From a virus (Duplodnaviria > Caudoviricetes): a stretch of DNA of 38,629 bases. The stretch's first letter is position 1. Every line of letters starts with the position of its first letter. Positions 9,042 through 16,221 of this stretch are shown here, piece by piece. The position numbers and the translations under genes are program-made. Below the pieces are notes generated by a model. It saw only the letters and a list, made by a program, of their open reading frames with translations. It searched no databases and was not told where the DNA came from. The stretch is taken from IMG/VR virus record IMGVR_UViG_3300037991_005512, positions 1 through 38,629 of that record; one strand, written 5' to 3'.

Positions 9042-9576
9042 GAACTAATAAATGCACTCTCTCATGCTCTGAATTGTTTTCAACGTAATGCTCGTAGTGT
9101 ATGTTCAGCACCAATGGCATTCCTGGTACATAATTGACTTCTTTGTTGTTCAGTACAAACTTGTTACCCTCAGGATAACTCAAACATATGTTGAGCGGTT
9201 CCAGCCAGTTACGTTCTGGAACGTCGATGTGTTTGGTTATAAATCCGTTTGGTTTTATCACTAGAAATCTTATGTCATCTATCCTAGCGTATGGCAGACT
9301 GTTTACCCATTCTATGGTCCTAGGACAACGTTCGCCAACGTCTGTTACCTTAGGTTTTTGTCTTCTCCTGTCGTATTCCCAATGACTGTTTGTCTTGTCC
9401 GAATCAAAGCCATACAGAGTCACAGCACACCAGTCTTTGTGACCATCCTCTGGCCTGTGGGTTACCAACCTGTGTTTTATTGTCTCATATTCGGTCAATA
9501 TCTGTTTGACGGGGACATCGAAGTCCATGTGTACGTATTCAACACTGCTGTCTCTGTTAAATTTTTGAATATTCAT
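8992..9576 (-). CDS. Aspartyl/asparaginyl beta-hydroxylase-family Fe(II)/2OG oxygenase (about 194 aa)
   Basis: W.AVTLYG, CPRTIEW, IRFLVIKPNGFITKHID (HxD), LNICL and EHYVENNSEHERVHLLVHG. The ATG at 9576 has an AAGGA Shine-Dalgarno. Confidence 0.8.
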   Translation of the reverse strand: MNIQKFNRDSSVEYVHMDFDVPVKQILTEYETIKHRLVTHRPEDGHKDWCAVTLYGFDSDKTNSHWEYDRRRQKPKVTDVGERCPRTIEWVNSLPYARIDDIRFLVIKPNGFITKHIDVPERNWLEPLNICLSYPEGNKFVLNNKEVNYVPGMPLVLNIHYEHYVENNSEHERVHLLVHGKKKKEFWDSVYSWR

Positions 9577-10120
9577 GATGGTCCTTGTGGTTTCCTTCGA
9601 ATGGAGCAATTAAATTGATGAAAAAATTATTTGCAGGACCTTTGGCATCATGCCCGTAAAAGTTTAATATACCAAAACCCACATATGAAAGAATAATCAG
9701 CATCGCGTTTATTATAATTGCATTCACACCAAAGAGCAATGGAGTCACAATCCAGTGTGTGGCCAAGACATACTTGCCATATTTGTGGAAAAACATCACC
9801 CTAGGATTTTCTAGTAGATCTGTCATGTATCTTCTTGGTATTTGTTTAACTCTCCATAAACTGAAAAGTACCACATACCATGGATGGTTCTTGGGACTGT
9901 GTGGATCTTTATCGGTATCTGCGTTGGCGTGGTGTATCCTGTGTACCCCTGCCCATGTCAATGCACTTCTTCCGCCACACAGTAGACCCAGATATAATAA
10001 GACAACCTCAAAGTATTTGTTTGTTTTGTAATCATTATGGGCAAAATACCTGTGATAACCGTAGGTTATGCCCACTGCGGCAACTACCCAATATATAATG
10101 TATCCATACAAAACTATCAT
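9557..10120 (-). CDS. Minimal membrane fatty-acid desaturase (Delta9/DesC-like, 187 aa)
   Basis: GITYGYHRYFAH, WAGVHRIHH..ADTDKDPHSP, NFYGH and EGNHKDHH histidine boxes, separated by hydrophobic transmembrane-like segments. Confidence 0.85.
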   Translation of the reverse strand: MIVLYGYIIYWVVAAVGITYGYHRYFAHNDYKTNKYFEVVLLYLGLLCGGRSALTWAGVHRIHHANADTDKDPHSPKNHPWYVVLFSLWRVKQIPRRYMTDLLENPRVMFFHKYGKYVLATHWIVTPLLFGVNAIIINAMLIILSYVGFGILNFYGHDAKGPANNFFINLIAPFEGNHKDHHEYSKI

Positions 10121-10821
10121 ACAAAGTCCTTATAGTCTTCCCAGTCGTGTGGTTTATTGGTTGCATGTGTAAAGTGCACCATCTTGATGTCCGGATGGAA
10201 CTCTCCGCCCAAATAAACGTAGTCGTTACCAGTAATTTTCTCGTACAACTGACTAGTTTTGACCTTCCATTTATTTAAATCGAAATTCTTGACACCTATG
10301 TCCTCTTTGGCGCACCACCTCGCTACCCAACTCTCGGGCACGGTCACTAGTTCTAGTTCTTCATTTACATTGTCCTCAACGAAGTACTGCTCGCCATTAA
10401 CTGGCCCTCGTGCAATACCTCTCTTGATGTAATAGCTCTGCCAAAAATCAGGATCTGACATGAATTTGTCATAGATGTACCTGCAGTCTTTTGGATAATA
10501 CTTAAAGAAGCCTCCGTTAATTTTGTACCTCTTCTTTTCAGTGTCCCTCCACCAACCAGGTATTGAAACAAACTGTCCTTTCTTAATTGGATACTCGAAC
10601 AGTTCTTTGTAGTCGTTTACAAGTAGCACATCAATGTCCATGACCACTATCGGTTCGTCAATATCAAGGCTCATTCCTTGCATCTTGTTCCATTGCAACA
10701 ATACGTCCTGTCTTATAGGCTCACGTATCCATACAAAATCGTACTCAGGTAACTTCTCTTCTAAGTATTTTTCATACTCAGGTCCATACCTGTCACCGAT
10801 ACGCACTGCCATTATCTTCAT
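10117..10821 (-). CDS. GT-A glycosyltransferase-like protein (about 234 aa)
   Basis: VRIGDRYGPEY, QWNKM, IVVMDIDV (DxD), INGGFF, GEQYFV and KMVHFT, resembling GT8/GT34-like architecture. Start at 10821 overlaps the nitroreductase stop (ATGA). Confidence 0.72.
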   Translation of the reverse strand: MKIMAVRIGDRYGPEYEKYLEEKLPEYDFVWIREPIRQDVLLQWNKMQGMSLDIDEPIVVMDIDVLLVNDYKELFEYPIKKGQFVSIPGWWRDTEKKRYKINGGFFKYYPKDCRYIYDKFMSDPDFWQSYYIKRGIARGPVNGEQYFVEDNVNEELELVTVPESWVARWCAKEDIGVKNFDLNKWKVKTSQLYEKITGNDYVYLGGEFHPDIKMVHFTHATNKPHDWEDYKDFV

Positions 10822-11537
10822 TGCCATCTTATTATCTCGTCCAGTGTTGGTTTTTTGATCCAACTCTTATATTGCATTTTGCTTTCGTCCCTATATCCTA
10901 TACCCAATAAGAATGCTGGATTTCCTTTTTGCATTATGTCTGTGTGTATTGCTTCGTTATAAAAATAACACTTACAATATGACACGTCCAATCCTTGTTC
11001 CATAGCCAACATTGTAACAACCATTGCATTCATGCCAGACTGTTGATTGAATTCGTCCCTGCTGACTTTTGTAGTGCTACGAAATACCTTGTTCGCCCTT
11101 CCACTTTTATAATACTTGTCGTCTTTTTGAGATTCACGCATTTTTATCTCAGCCGGATAATAGGCTAAAAGATACGGTGCAGTAACTTGTTCGTTGAAAT
11201 GCCATTTCTCATTCTTGACATACTGTTTACTGTCATCACCATTATGGTAGTCTATCCAATCATTGTAGGATTGTCTTAATTTTTTCCAGTCTTCATCCGT
11301 GAGATTATCTTGTCTATAATATTTCAAGTGCTCATTGCACACAGTTGACAGTGCTAATGTTTTTTTCTGCTCTGCATGTTCTGGTCCGTAAACATCTAGA
11401 TTGTAATGCCAAAAATTATTCTTGTGCGGTGTCAGTTGCTGTGCTTTTTCTAATATATCCTTTACAACTTTCTTGTCAGGTATCCTATCACTGAAGAAAG
11501 ATATGTTAGTTCTCTTTTTCAATAAGTCTTCTATCAT
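10818..11537 (-). CDS. Nitroreductase-superfamily FMN-binding protein (239 aa)
   Basis: LLKKRTNISFF..IP...ILEKA...TPHKNN, TAPYLL, MLAMEQGLDVSY and LLGIGY match the nitroreductase fold layout. Confidence 0.75.
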   Translation of the reverse strand: MIEDLLKKRTNISFFSDRIPDKKVVKDILEKAQQLTPHKNNFWHYNLDVYGPEHAEQKKTLALSTVCNEHLKYYRQDNLTDEDWKKLRQSYNDWIDYHNGDDSKQYVKNEKWHFNEQVTAPYLLAYYPAEIKMRESQKDDKYYKSGRANKVFRSTTKVSRDEFNQQSGMNAMVVTMLAMEQGLDVSYCKCYFYNEAIHTDIMQKGNPAFLLGIGYRDESKMQYKSWIKKPTLDEIIRWQ

Positions 11538-12190
11538 ATCTTTGTCCCTATAACCATGAAACGCTTGTACTTTATAAAGTCTTTTTCATAAAACTTTATG
11601 TTTCTTAATTTTCCTACGTATTGATTGGCAAAATGTTCCATTGTGTCCACACAATTGATGTGTTGGGCAACTTCTCTGTAGTTGTTGCTCTGTAAAACAA
11701 CTAATGTGTCCTTCTCTAATTTACTTATAGTGTCATAAATTGTGTCTTGATCTAAGTGTTCACATGATGTGCATATGACAATTGGATAATTTAAGTTTTT
11801 TACATCTTTGATGTCTTGCTCTATGTATTTCACGTAAGAAAGTTTACCCTTCTTCAAGTTTTCCGTGTGTTGCTGATGCCATATGGTCTTTGCCACCGCC
11901 TTTGCTTGTGGATCATAATCAATGCAGTCAACATTGTTGATTTTTTTCAAGGTGAAATTATCAAGCAATCTATAGGCAAGTAAACCATACCAGCTCGCCA
12001 ACACACAGATATCAATCTTCTTATCTAAAGTCTTGTATCTATAGTGGTATGGGTATTTGTTTAATTCTTCCACAAGCCAGTCTTTACTTTCAAACTGATT
12101 TTTGCTTAGGCTGTCAAGGGCGTCCATGATTCTGTCAGGACATTTATCCAACAGTCTCTTGAATGTGCGTAATGTGTCTCTGTCAAACAT
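11534..12190 (-). CDS. Class I SAM-dependent methyltransferase-like protein (218 aa)
   Basis: Q..SKDWL, degenerate motif I (ICVLASWYG), CIDYDP, ICTSCEHL, VLQSNN, HINCV and KRFMVIG; this layout is seen in large-phage accessory methyltransferases. Confidence 0.65.
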   Translation of the reverse strand: MFDRDTLRTFKRLLDKCPDRIMDALDSLSKNQFESKDWLVEELNKYPYHYRYKTLDKKIDICVLASWYGLLAYRLLDNFTLKKINNVDCIDYDPQAKAVAKTIWHQQHTENLKKGKLSYVKYIEQDIKDVKNLNYPIVICTSCEHLDQDTIYDTISKLEKDTLVVLQSNNYREVAQHINCVDTMEHFANQYVGKLRNIKFYEKDFIKYKRFMVIGTKI

Positions 12191-12758
12191 ATTTTTGGTT
12201 GTGTAGCACTATTGTATTATGCTTTACACCCTCCTGCCAACTGGAAATTTGATCTCCCATGAAGTAATTGTACTTGACATCTTCATTGTAGATGTATCTA
12301 TCTATGCCAGAATACAATCTCACGTAAAGATCTCTGTGTTTCATGAATTTTTCAAACACATGCCGTTGGTCACTCCAACGCATAACTGAACTGTTTACTA
12401 GCGTGTTCTGGGTAACCCTAAATTTTAATGGTGTTTTTAGTGACTCTTGTTTCCATGCACTGCTGTTCACAAGCGTGAGTCCTTCAAAGTCATTTGCAAG
12501 GAAATCGATGTTGTCATTGATTGCTATGTCTAGGTCAAAGAAAAGGCAATTGCCTGTGTTTTGTAGCAATGATAATTTATGAAACACTCCCTGAAGTTCA
12601 GGATGTGTAACTGGCATGTCATGTTCTTTCTCTGGTTTGTCGGTGAGGCAAGTGAATGAATGCTCCAGTGTTAGGTGCTTGGCTACAGATTCCTTTAACT
12701 TATTGTCAAAGTCCCTGGTATATTTTGTCCCAACATTAACACAATAGACATTAATCAT
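12183..12758 (-). CDS. GT-A glycosyltransferase-like protein (about 191 aa)
   Basis: YCVNVGTKY, FTCLTD, FHKLSL, CLFFDLDI (DxD), NSSVMRW and GIDRYI. The ATG at 12758 overlaps the upstream stop (ATGATTAA). Confidence 0.72.
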   Translation of the reverse strand: MINVYCVNVGTKYTRDFDNKLKESVAKHLTLEHSFTCLTDKPEKEHDMPVTHPELQGVFHKLSLLQNTGNCLFFDLDIAINDNIDFLANDFEGLTLVNSSAWKQESLKTPLKFRVTQNTLVNSSVMRWSDQRHVFEKFMKHRDLYVRLYSGIDRYIYNEDVKYNYFMGDQISSWQEGVKHNTIVLHNQKYV

Positions 12759-13221
12759 CAAAGTTGTTGTAGCCAACTAACAATTCTAGAGGAGTTTTCG
12801 CAGATCTTAATCGTGCTTTTTTCTTTTTGTCGTTAGAGCCTTTAATTTTTTCAGTTTCAAATATAGATACCTTGATAGTGAAAAGCATTTCCTTGCAGTT
12901 TGGATCCTTGGGGTCAAAGTCCAAAATATTTTTGACAAAATCCTCAACAGATACACGCTGTTTTAGATCTGTTTTTGATTTTATACCCGCATCAACAATG
13001 TCACTTAACTGTTGTGCGTATCTCCTGTTCCGCATCATGGTTGCTTCTGCAATTTTATCAGTGCTGTATTCCGCTATCAGGTCTTTGAAGTCTTCGTTGT
13101 TGTAATCAACAGGCAGATAATGGTTGATGGCCTTGGTGCCTTGTTCGTAAATTACTTCTACAGCATCATTTTCTGAATTTGCAAAATAAGCCTCAATAAT
13201 TTTTCCACTGAATATTGCCAT
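12751..13221 (-). CDS. Hypothetical protein (156 aa), first gene of the enzyme operon
   Basis: Clean ORF with AAAAGGA Shine-Dalgarno, coupled to the downstream glycosyltransferase. No recognised motif. Confidence 0.65.
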   Translation of the reverse strand: MAIFSGKIIEAYFANSENDAVEVIYEQGTKAINHYLPVDYNNEDFKDLIAEYSTDKIAEATMMRNRRYAQQLSDIVDAGIKSKTDLKQRVSVEDFVKNILDFDPKDPNCKEMLFTIKVSIFETEKIKGSNDKKKKARLRSAKTPLELLVGYNNFDD

Positions 13222-13243
13222 ATCTATATCCTTTTATTGTTTT

Positions 13244-13272
13244 ATTGTAACAGAATACCAAAGGTAAGTCAA
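13244..13272 (-). promoter_or_regulatory. Sigma70-type promoter TTGACT-N17-TACAAT (with extended -10 TG) heading the enzyme operon
   Basis: Minus strand TTGACT TACCTTTGGTATTCTGT TACAAT in the 51-bp gap before the ATG at 13221. Confidence 0.7.
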
Positions 13273-14214
13273 TTATGATTTCTGTATTTTGAAGGTGTAG
13301 GTGTTTGCTGTAGTTGGTGTACCATCTGGAAATTCCTGTGCTCTGTAGTCGTTGGCATCAACAAATCTAGTCTGATAATTACCACTGCCGCCTGTCAATC
13401 TTGTGTTTACGATTGCACTGCCCCTAGCATTTCCTAAACTGCCGTCTATATTGTAGGATATCTGATACCCAGCAGACGAAGTTACTGCATGATGTTTGAT
13501 GTACTCTTGTAGTAATGCACCAATTTCTGCGGTTGAATACTGTTTCAAGTTGTTTGACCCATCAATGAATATTGGAGGATTGTAAGTCCCCACTTCTCCA
13601 TCAATCGAATGTAGGTAATAATTTGTTATTGTAGTAGGTTGATCCTGAGTTTCCTCAATCGAATCGGCCGAATATGCAGAAGTGTCTGCCCTTGTGTCTG
13701 TGAACACAGGCGTGGATGAAACAAGTGTAGATCCGTCCACAGAATCGGACGTTGCTATGTGATAAGTGCCTGCTTGTGACGACGTAGTCGTGCCAAGAAC
13801 CAAATTGTTAATTGTTGGAAGCACGAAAGTGTCAATGAAATCCTGCTCGGTCATTGCCTGAACCTGTGTGCCATTCCAATATATAGGAAATGTTTTACCT
13901 GTGTCAGATGTTGAGATCGATGTTGATGCTGTGTTTTGTGTGATCCTGTTGTAAGTCACTGTAACTTCGCTTGGCTCTGCTGTGGTTGCCTCACTTGGAA
14001 AACCGCCTGATGACGTTGACGCCGCACCTGCCTGTAATCGTGTGTCATCGATCGACCCACCTGGTAAGTTTCCTCCAGAACCCGATACCGTCAGCGTTCT
14101 AGAAGGAGATAACGAATAATAGTATGCGGCTACGCGATAGATGTTGTCCAAATCAGATGTTTTCATCTGTTGTAGTTGGGATCCATTGTAAACTAAAGGT
14201 ACTCTGACAGTCAT
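13273..14214 (-). CDS. Virion structural / tail-associated protein (313 aa) with three internal repeats of about 100 aa
   Basis: Repeats RVPLVYNGSQLQQM / TFPIYWNGTQVQAM / NPPIFIDGSNNLKQY and DDTRL / TDTRA / VNTRL. S/T-rich and adjacent to a tail-fibre gene. Confidence 0.65.
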   Translation of the reverse strand: MTVRVPLVYNGSQLQQMKTSDLDNIYRVAAYYYSLSPSRTLTVSGSGGNLPGGSIDDTRLQAGAASTSSGGFPSEATTAEPSEVTVTYNRITQNTASTSISTSDTGKTFPIYWNGTQVQAMTEQDFIDTFVLPTINNLVLGTTTSSQAGTYHIATSDSVDGSTLVSSTPVFTDTRADTSAYSADSIEETQDQPTTITNYYLHSIDGEVGTYNPPIFIDGSNNLKQYSTAEIGALLQEYIKHHAVTSSAGYQISYNIDGSLGNARGSAIVNTRLTGGSGNYQTRFVDANDYRAQEFPDGTPTTANTYTFKIQKS

Positions 14215-14223
14215 ATCTTATCT

Positions 14224-14252
14224 ATTATAATGTTTATTAAGGTATATTTCAA
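14224..14252 (-). promoter_or_regulatory. Sigma70-type promoter TTGAAA-N17-TATAAT
   Basis: Minus strand TTGAAA TATACCTTAATAAACAT TATAAT AGATAAGAT ATG, with a 17-nt spacer and a very short leader. Confidence 0.7.
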
Positions 14253-14260
14253 CCATTAAA

Positions 14261-15478
14261 CTACGCTCCTGCGCCGTTTATGGTCTTCAACACCGTTCCC
14301 GTACTGCTCAATATTTGCAATGATGTTGGCGTTGCCATCATTGCCGCTGTCACTGTGCCCGAGTCACCTGTTGTGACCACGGTACCTGTTACATTAGGAA
14401 TGGTAATTGTTCTATCCGCTGTTGGGTCAGCCACTGTTAATGTTGTTTCGAATCCATCATCTGTCGCACCTTCGAATATGATGGTGCCACTAGTAGTCAA
14501 TGTTATTCCAGATGACGTCACTGCACCTGTAATTGGACCAGTAAATGCTGTTGCGTTAATGGTTCCAGAAACATCAAGTTTTGTTGTTGGTGATGTAACA
14601 CCGATACCAACTCTCGCTTCCGATCCATCTATGGTCATCACAGTAGATGTCACACCGCCATCATTTACTTTGAAAGTGATATCTGTGTTTTGAACTGTGT
14701 TAGCCACATTAATACCTGTACCATCTACAGTGATTGATAAGTCATTGTCAGCACCTATAGTCATACCCGAGTCAGTAACGATACCCAATGTGCCTGTAGT
14801 TGTGTCGTTAGCGTCTGACCTTAGGAAATTAGCCGCCGCAATTCCTCCGAGTGCATCTGCGTCTGTGGCTGTGCCGTGTAATTTGATACCTGTTGGTGAC
14901 GTTGTAAACGTAATTCCTTTTTTAATTGTAGCGAAACCTGTGATTGTTGTCTGTGGTGTGAACTCTGTGTCAGAAATAATGGCAATTAAAGTACCATCAC
15001 TGTACCATTTGGTTACATTCTGGCTGGCAGTAGTTGAATCTGTAACTGCCTCGAAAACGAATCCGTTAAGTGAACCTGTTGTACTTGGTGGTCCTACTAA
15101 TACACTTTGTGATCCATCATAGTAATAAAGTTGTCCAACATCTGAATCTATCCAAAGGTCACCTTGTTGTATTCCACTAGGTTGTGTAGACACATATGGA
15201 ACGTTACCGCCTGCAGGAACAAACAAGTTTCCTGTGTATACTTTTAACCTGTCAACGCTGTTGTCATACCAAAGTTGTCCTTGTATTGGCTTTGATGGCG
15301 CTGAGCTATTTGCAAAATTTTCTAAAAGGTGTAAAAAGTTTTCTGCGATAAGTTCTCCGTATCCAGCATAACCCTTTCCTATGAAACTTAGATCTGTTTG
15401 TGTGTTGACCACACCATCTTGCACTATGTATTGATTTGGCGAAGCCGAATTATTTGTTTTGTTTACTGTATACGCCAT
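14261..15478 (-). CDS. Tail fibre / baseplate-attached fibre protein (405 aa), paralog of 2349..3971
   Basis: TDLSFIGKGYAGYGE..AENFLHLLENF, GQLWYD/GDLWID, GTATDADALGG..A..FLRSDA.D.T.G and VNDGGV are shared with the 540-aa protein. Distinct C-terminus: RVGIG...PTTKLDVSG and IIFEGATDDGFETTLTVADPTADRTITIP. Confidence 0.75.
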   Translation of the reverse strand: MAYTVNKTNNSASPNQYIVQDGVVNTQTDLSFIGKGYAGYGELIAENFLHLLENFANSSAPSKPIQGQLWYDNSVDRLKVYTGNLFVPAGGNVPYVSTQPSGIQQGDLWIDSDVGQLYYYDGSQSVLVGPPSTTGSLNGFVFEAVTDSTTASQNVTKWYSDGTLIAIISDTEFTPQTTITGFATIKKGITFTTSPTGIKLHGTATDADALGGIAAANFLRSDANDTTTGTLGIVTDSGMTIGADNDLSITVDGTGINVANTVQNTDITFKVNDGGVTSTVMTIDGSEARVGIGVTSPTTKLDVSGTINATAFTGPITGAVTSSGITLTTSGTIIFEGATDDGFETTLTVADPTADRTITIPNVTGTVVTTGDSGTVTAAMMATPTSLQILSSTGTVLKTINGAGA

Positions 15479-15481
15479 TTA

Positions 15482-16207
15482 TTAATATCCTGTGTTACCA
15501 CCTGATGTAGTTCCACTTACTGTGTTAGATGTTGACAGTGCCGTTGAACTTGTTTCAGTAAATGTTGTCAAACTCTGTATTCTCAAAGTGTAATCAATCT
15601 GGATCAATCTGTTTAAAGATTTCTGTACTGGATGGAATATCACGTGTGTCAATAATTTATTCGTTGCGCCGTTCTCAGACCCTTCCCATGATTTTAAACC
15701 AAGTTCATCAAAAACGAAGTCACCATTGAAGTTTGTTGTGTTGTCAAACGAATCCTGACCAGTTGGTTCTCCATAATCTAGTGTGCAAGTGCAAACTATA
15801 TCTGTGAATTTATTTCCAGTGATGTGTCTCACTTCCATTTTGTTTCTGCTTGTGTCTTTGTTGGTTGCAGAATTATCATCAATTACTTTGTAATATGTTT
15901 GGTTGTAAAGCGTAGAATTAGTACCAGTTGAGTTTGGCGTCAGGTAAGTGATAATACCTGTTGGGTCAACACTCGTGCCTCCGTTACCGAATGCCATTTC
16001 ATGTATAAAACCTGTGCTTTTGTTTGCTAAAGAATTAGCCATGGCCTGAGACATGTTCTCGTAATGTATAGCATTCCTTTTGTCTACTATTACTTCACCT
16101 GTTTCAGGATCGAAAATCTTGATGTGCCCAGTCATCATCACGCCTGTGTGATCATGTGGCTTCTTGTTCTCTTCTTTTGATTCTGTTGGTTTGTTGTCCT
16201 GTGTCAT
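15482..16207 (-). CDS. Baseplate wedge / fibre-attachment protein (241 aa)
   Basis: GHIKIFD...IVDKRNAIH, MAFGNGG, FDELGL and LLTHVIFHPVQKSLNRLIQIDYT resemble the fibre-attachment fold (P2 gpH N-terminal-like). Positioned between the wedge and fibre genes. Confidence 0.6.
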   Translation of the reverse strand: MTQDNKPTESKEENKKPHDHTGVMMTGHIKIFDPETGEVIVDKRNAIHYENMSQAMANSLANKSTGFIHEMAFGNGGTSVDPTGIITYLTPNSTGTNSTLYNQTYYKVIDDNSATNKDTSRNKMEVRHITGNKFTDIVCTCTLDYGEPTGQDSFDNTTNFNGDFVFDELGLKSWEGSENGATNKLLTHVIFHPVQKSLNRLIQIDYTLRIQSLTTFTETSSTALSTSNTVSGTTSGGNTGY

Positions 16208-16213
16208 CTAGTG

Positions 16214-16221
16214 TATTTATT
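16214..16221 (-). promoter_or_regulatory. T4-like late promoter core (AATAAATA)
   Basis: Minus strand GAATAAATACACTAGATG places the box 6 nt before the ATG at 16207. It overlaps the TAA stop of the giant gene. Confidence 0.45.

Noticed and set aside
7655-12776. Longer N-termini given by the ORF track (starts 8530, 9609, 10863, 12776; also 1360)
   Set aside because: Downstream ATGs have Shine-Dalgarno sites, stop/start overlaps or promoter-consistent positions, and they avoid long overlaps with upstream genes.
3982-13221. Island as a DNA hypermodification cluster (TET/JBP plus GT)
   Set aside because: I recognised no TET/JBP, thymidylate-synthase-like, nucleotide kinase or DNA methyltransferase (DPPY/NPPY/PC) motifs, and the context is tail genes. 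Disfavoured, but not excluded without HMM searches.
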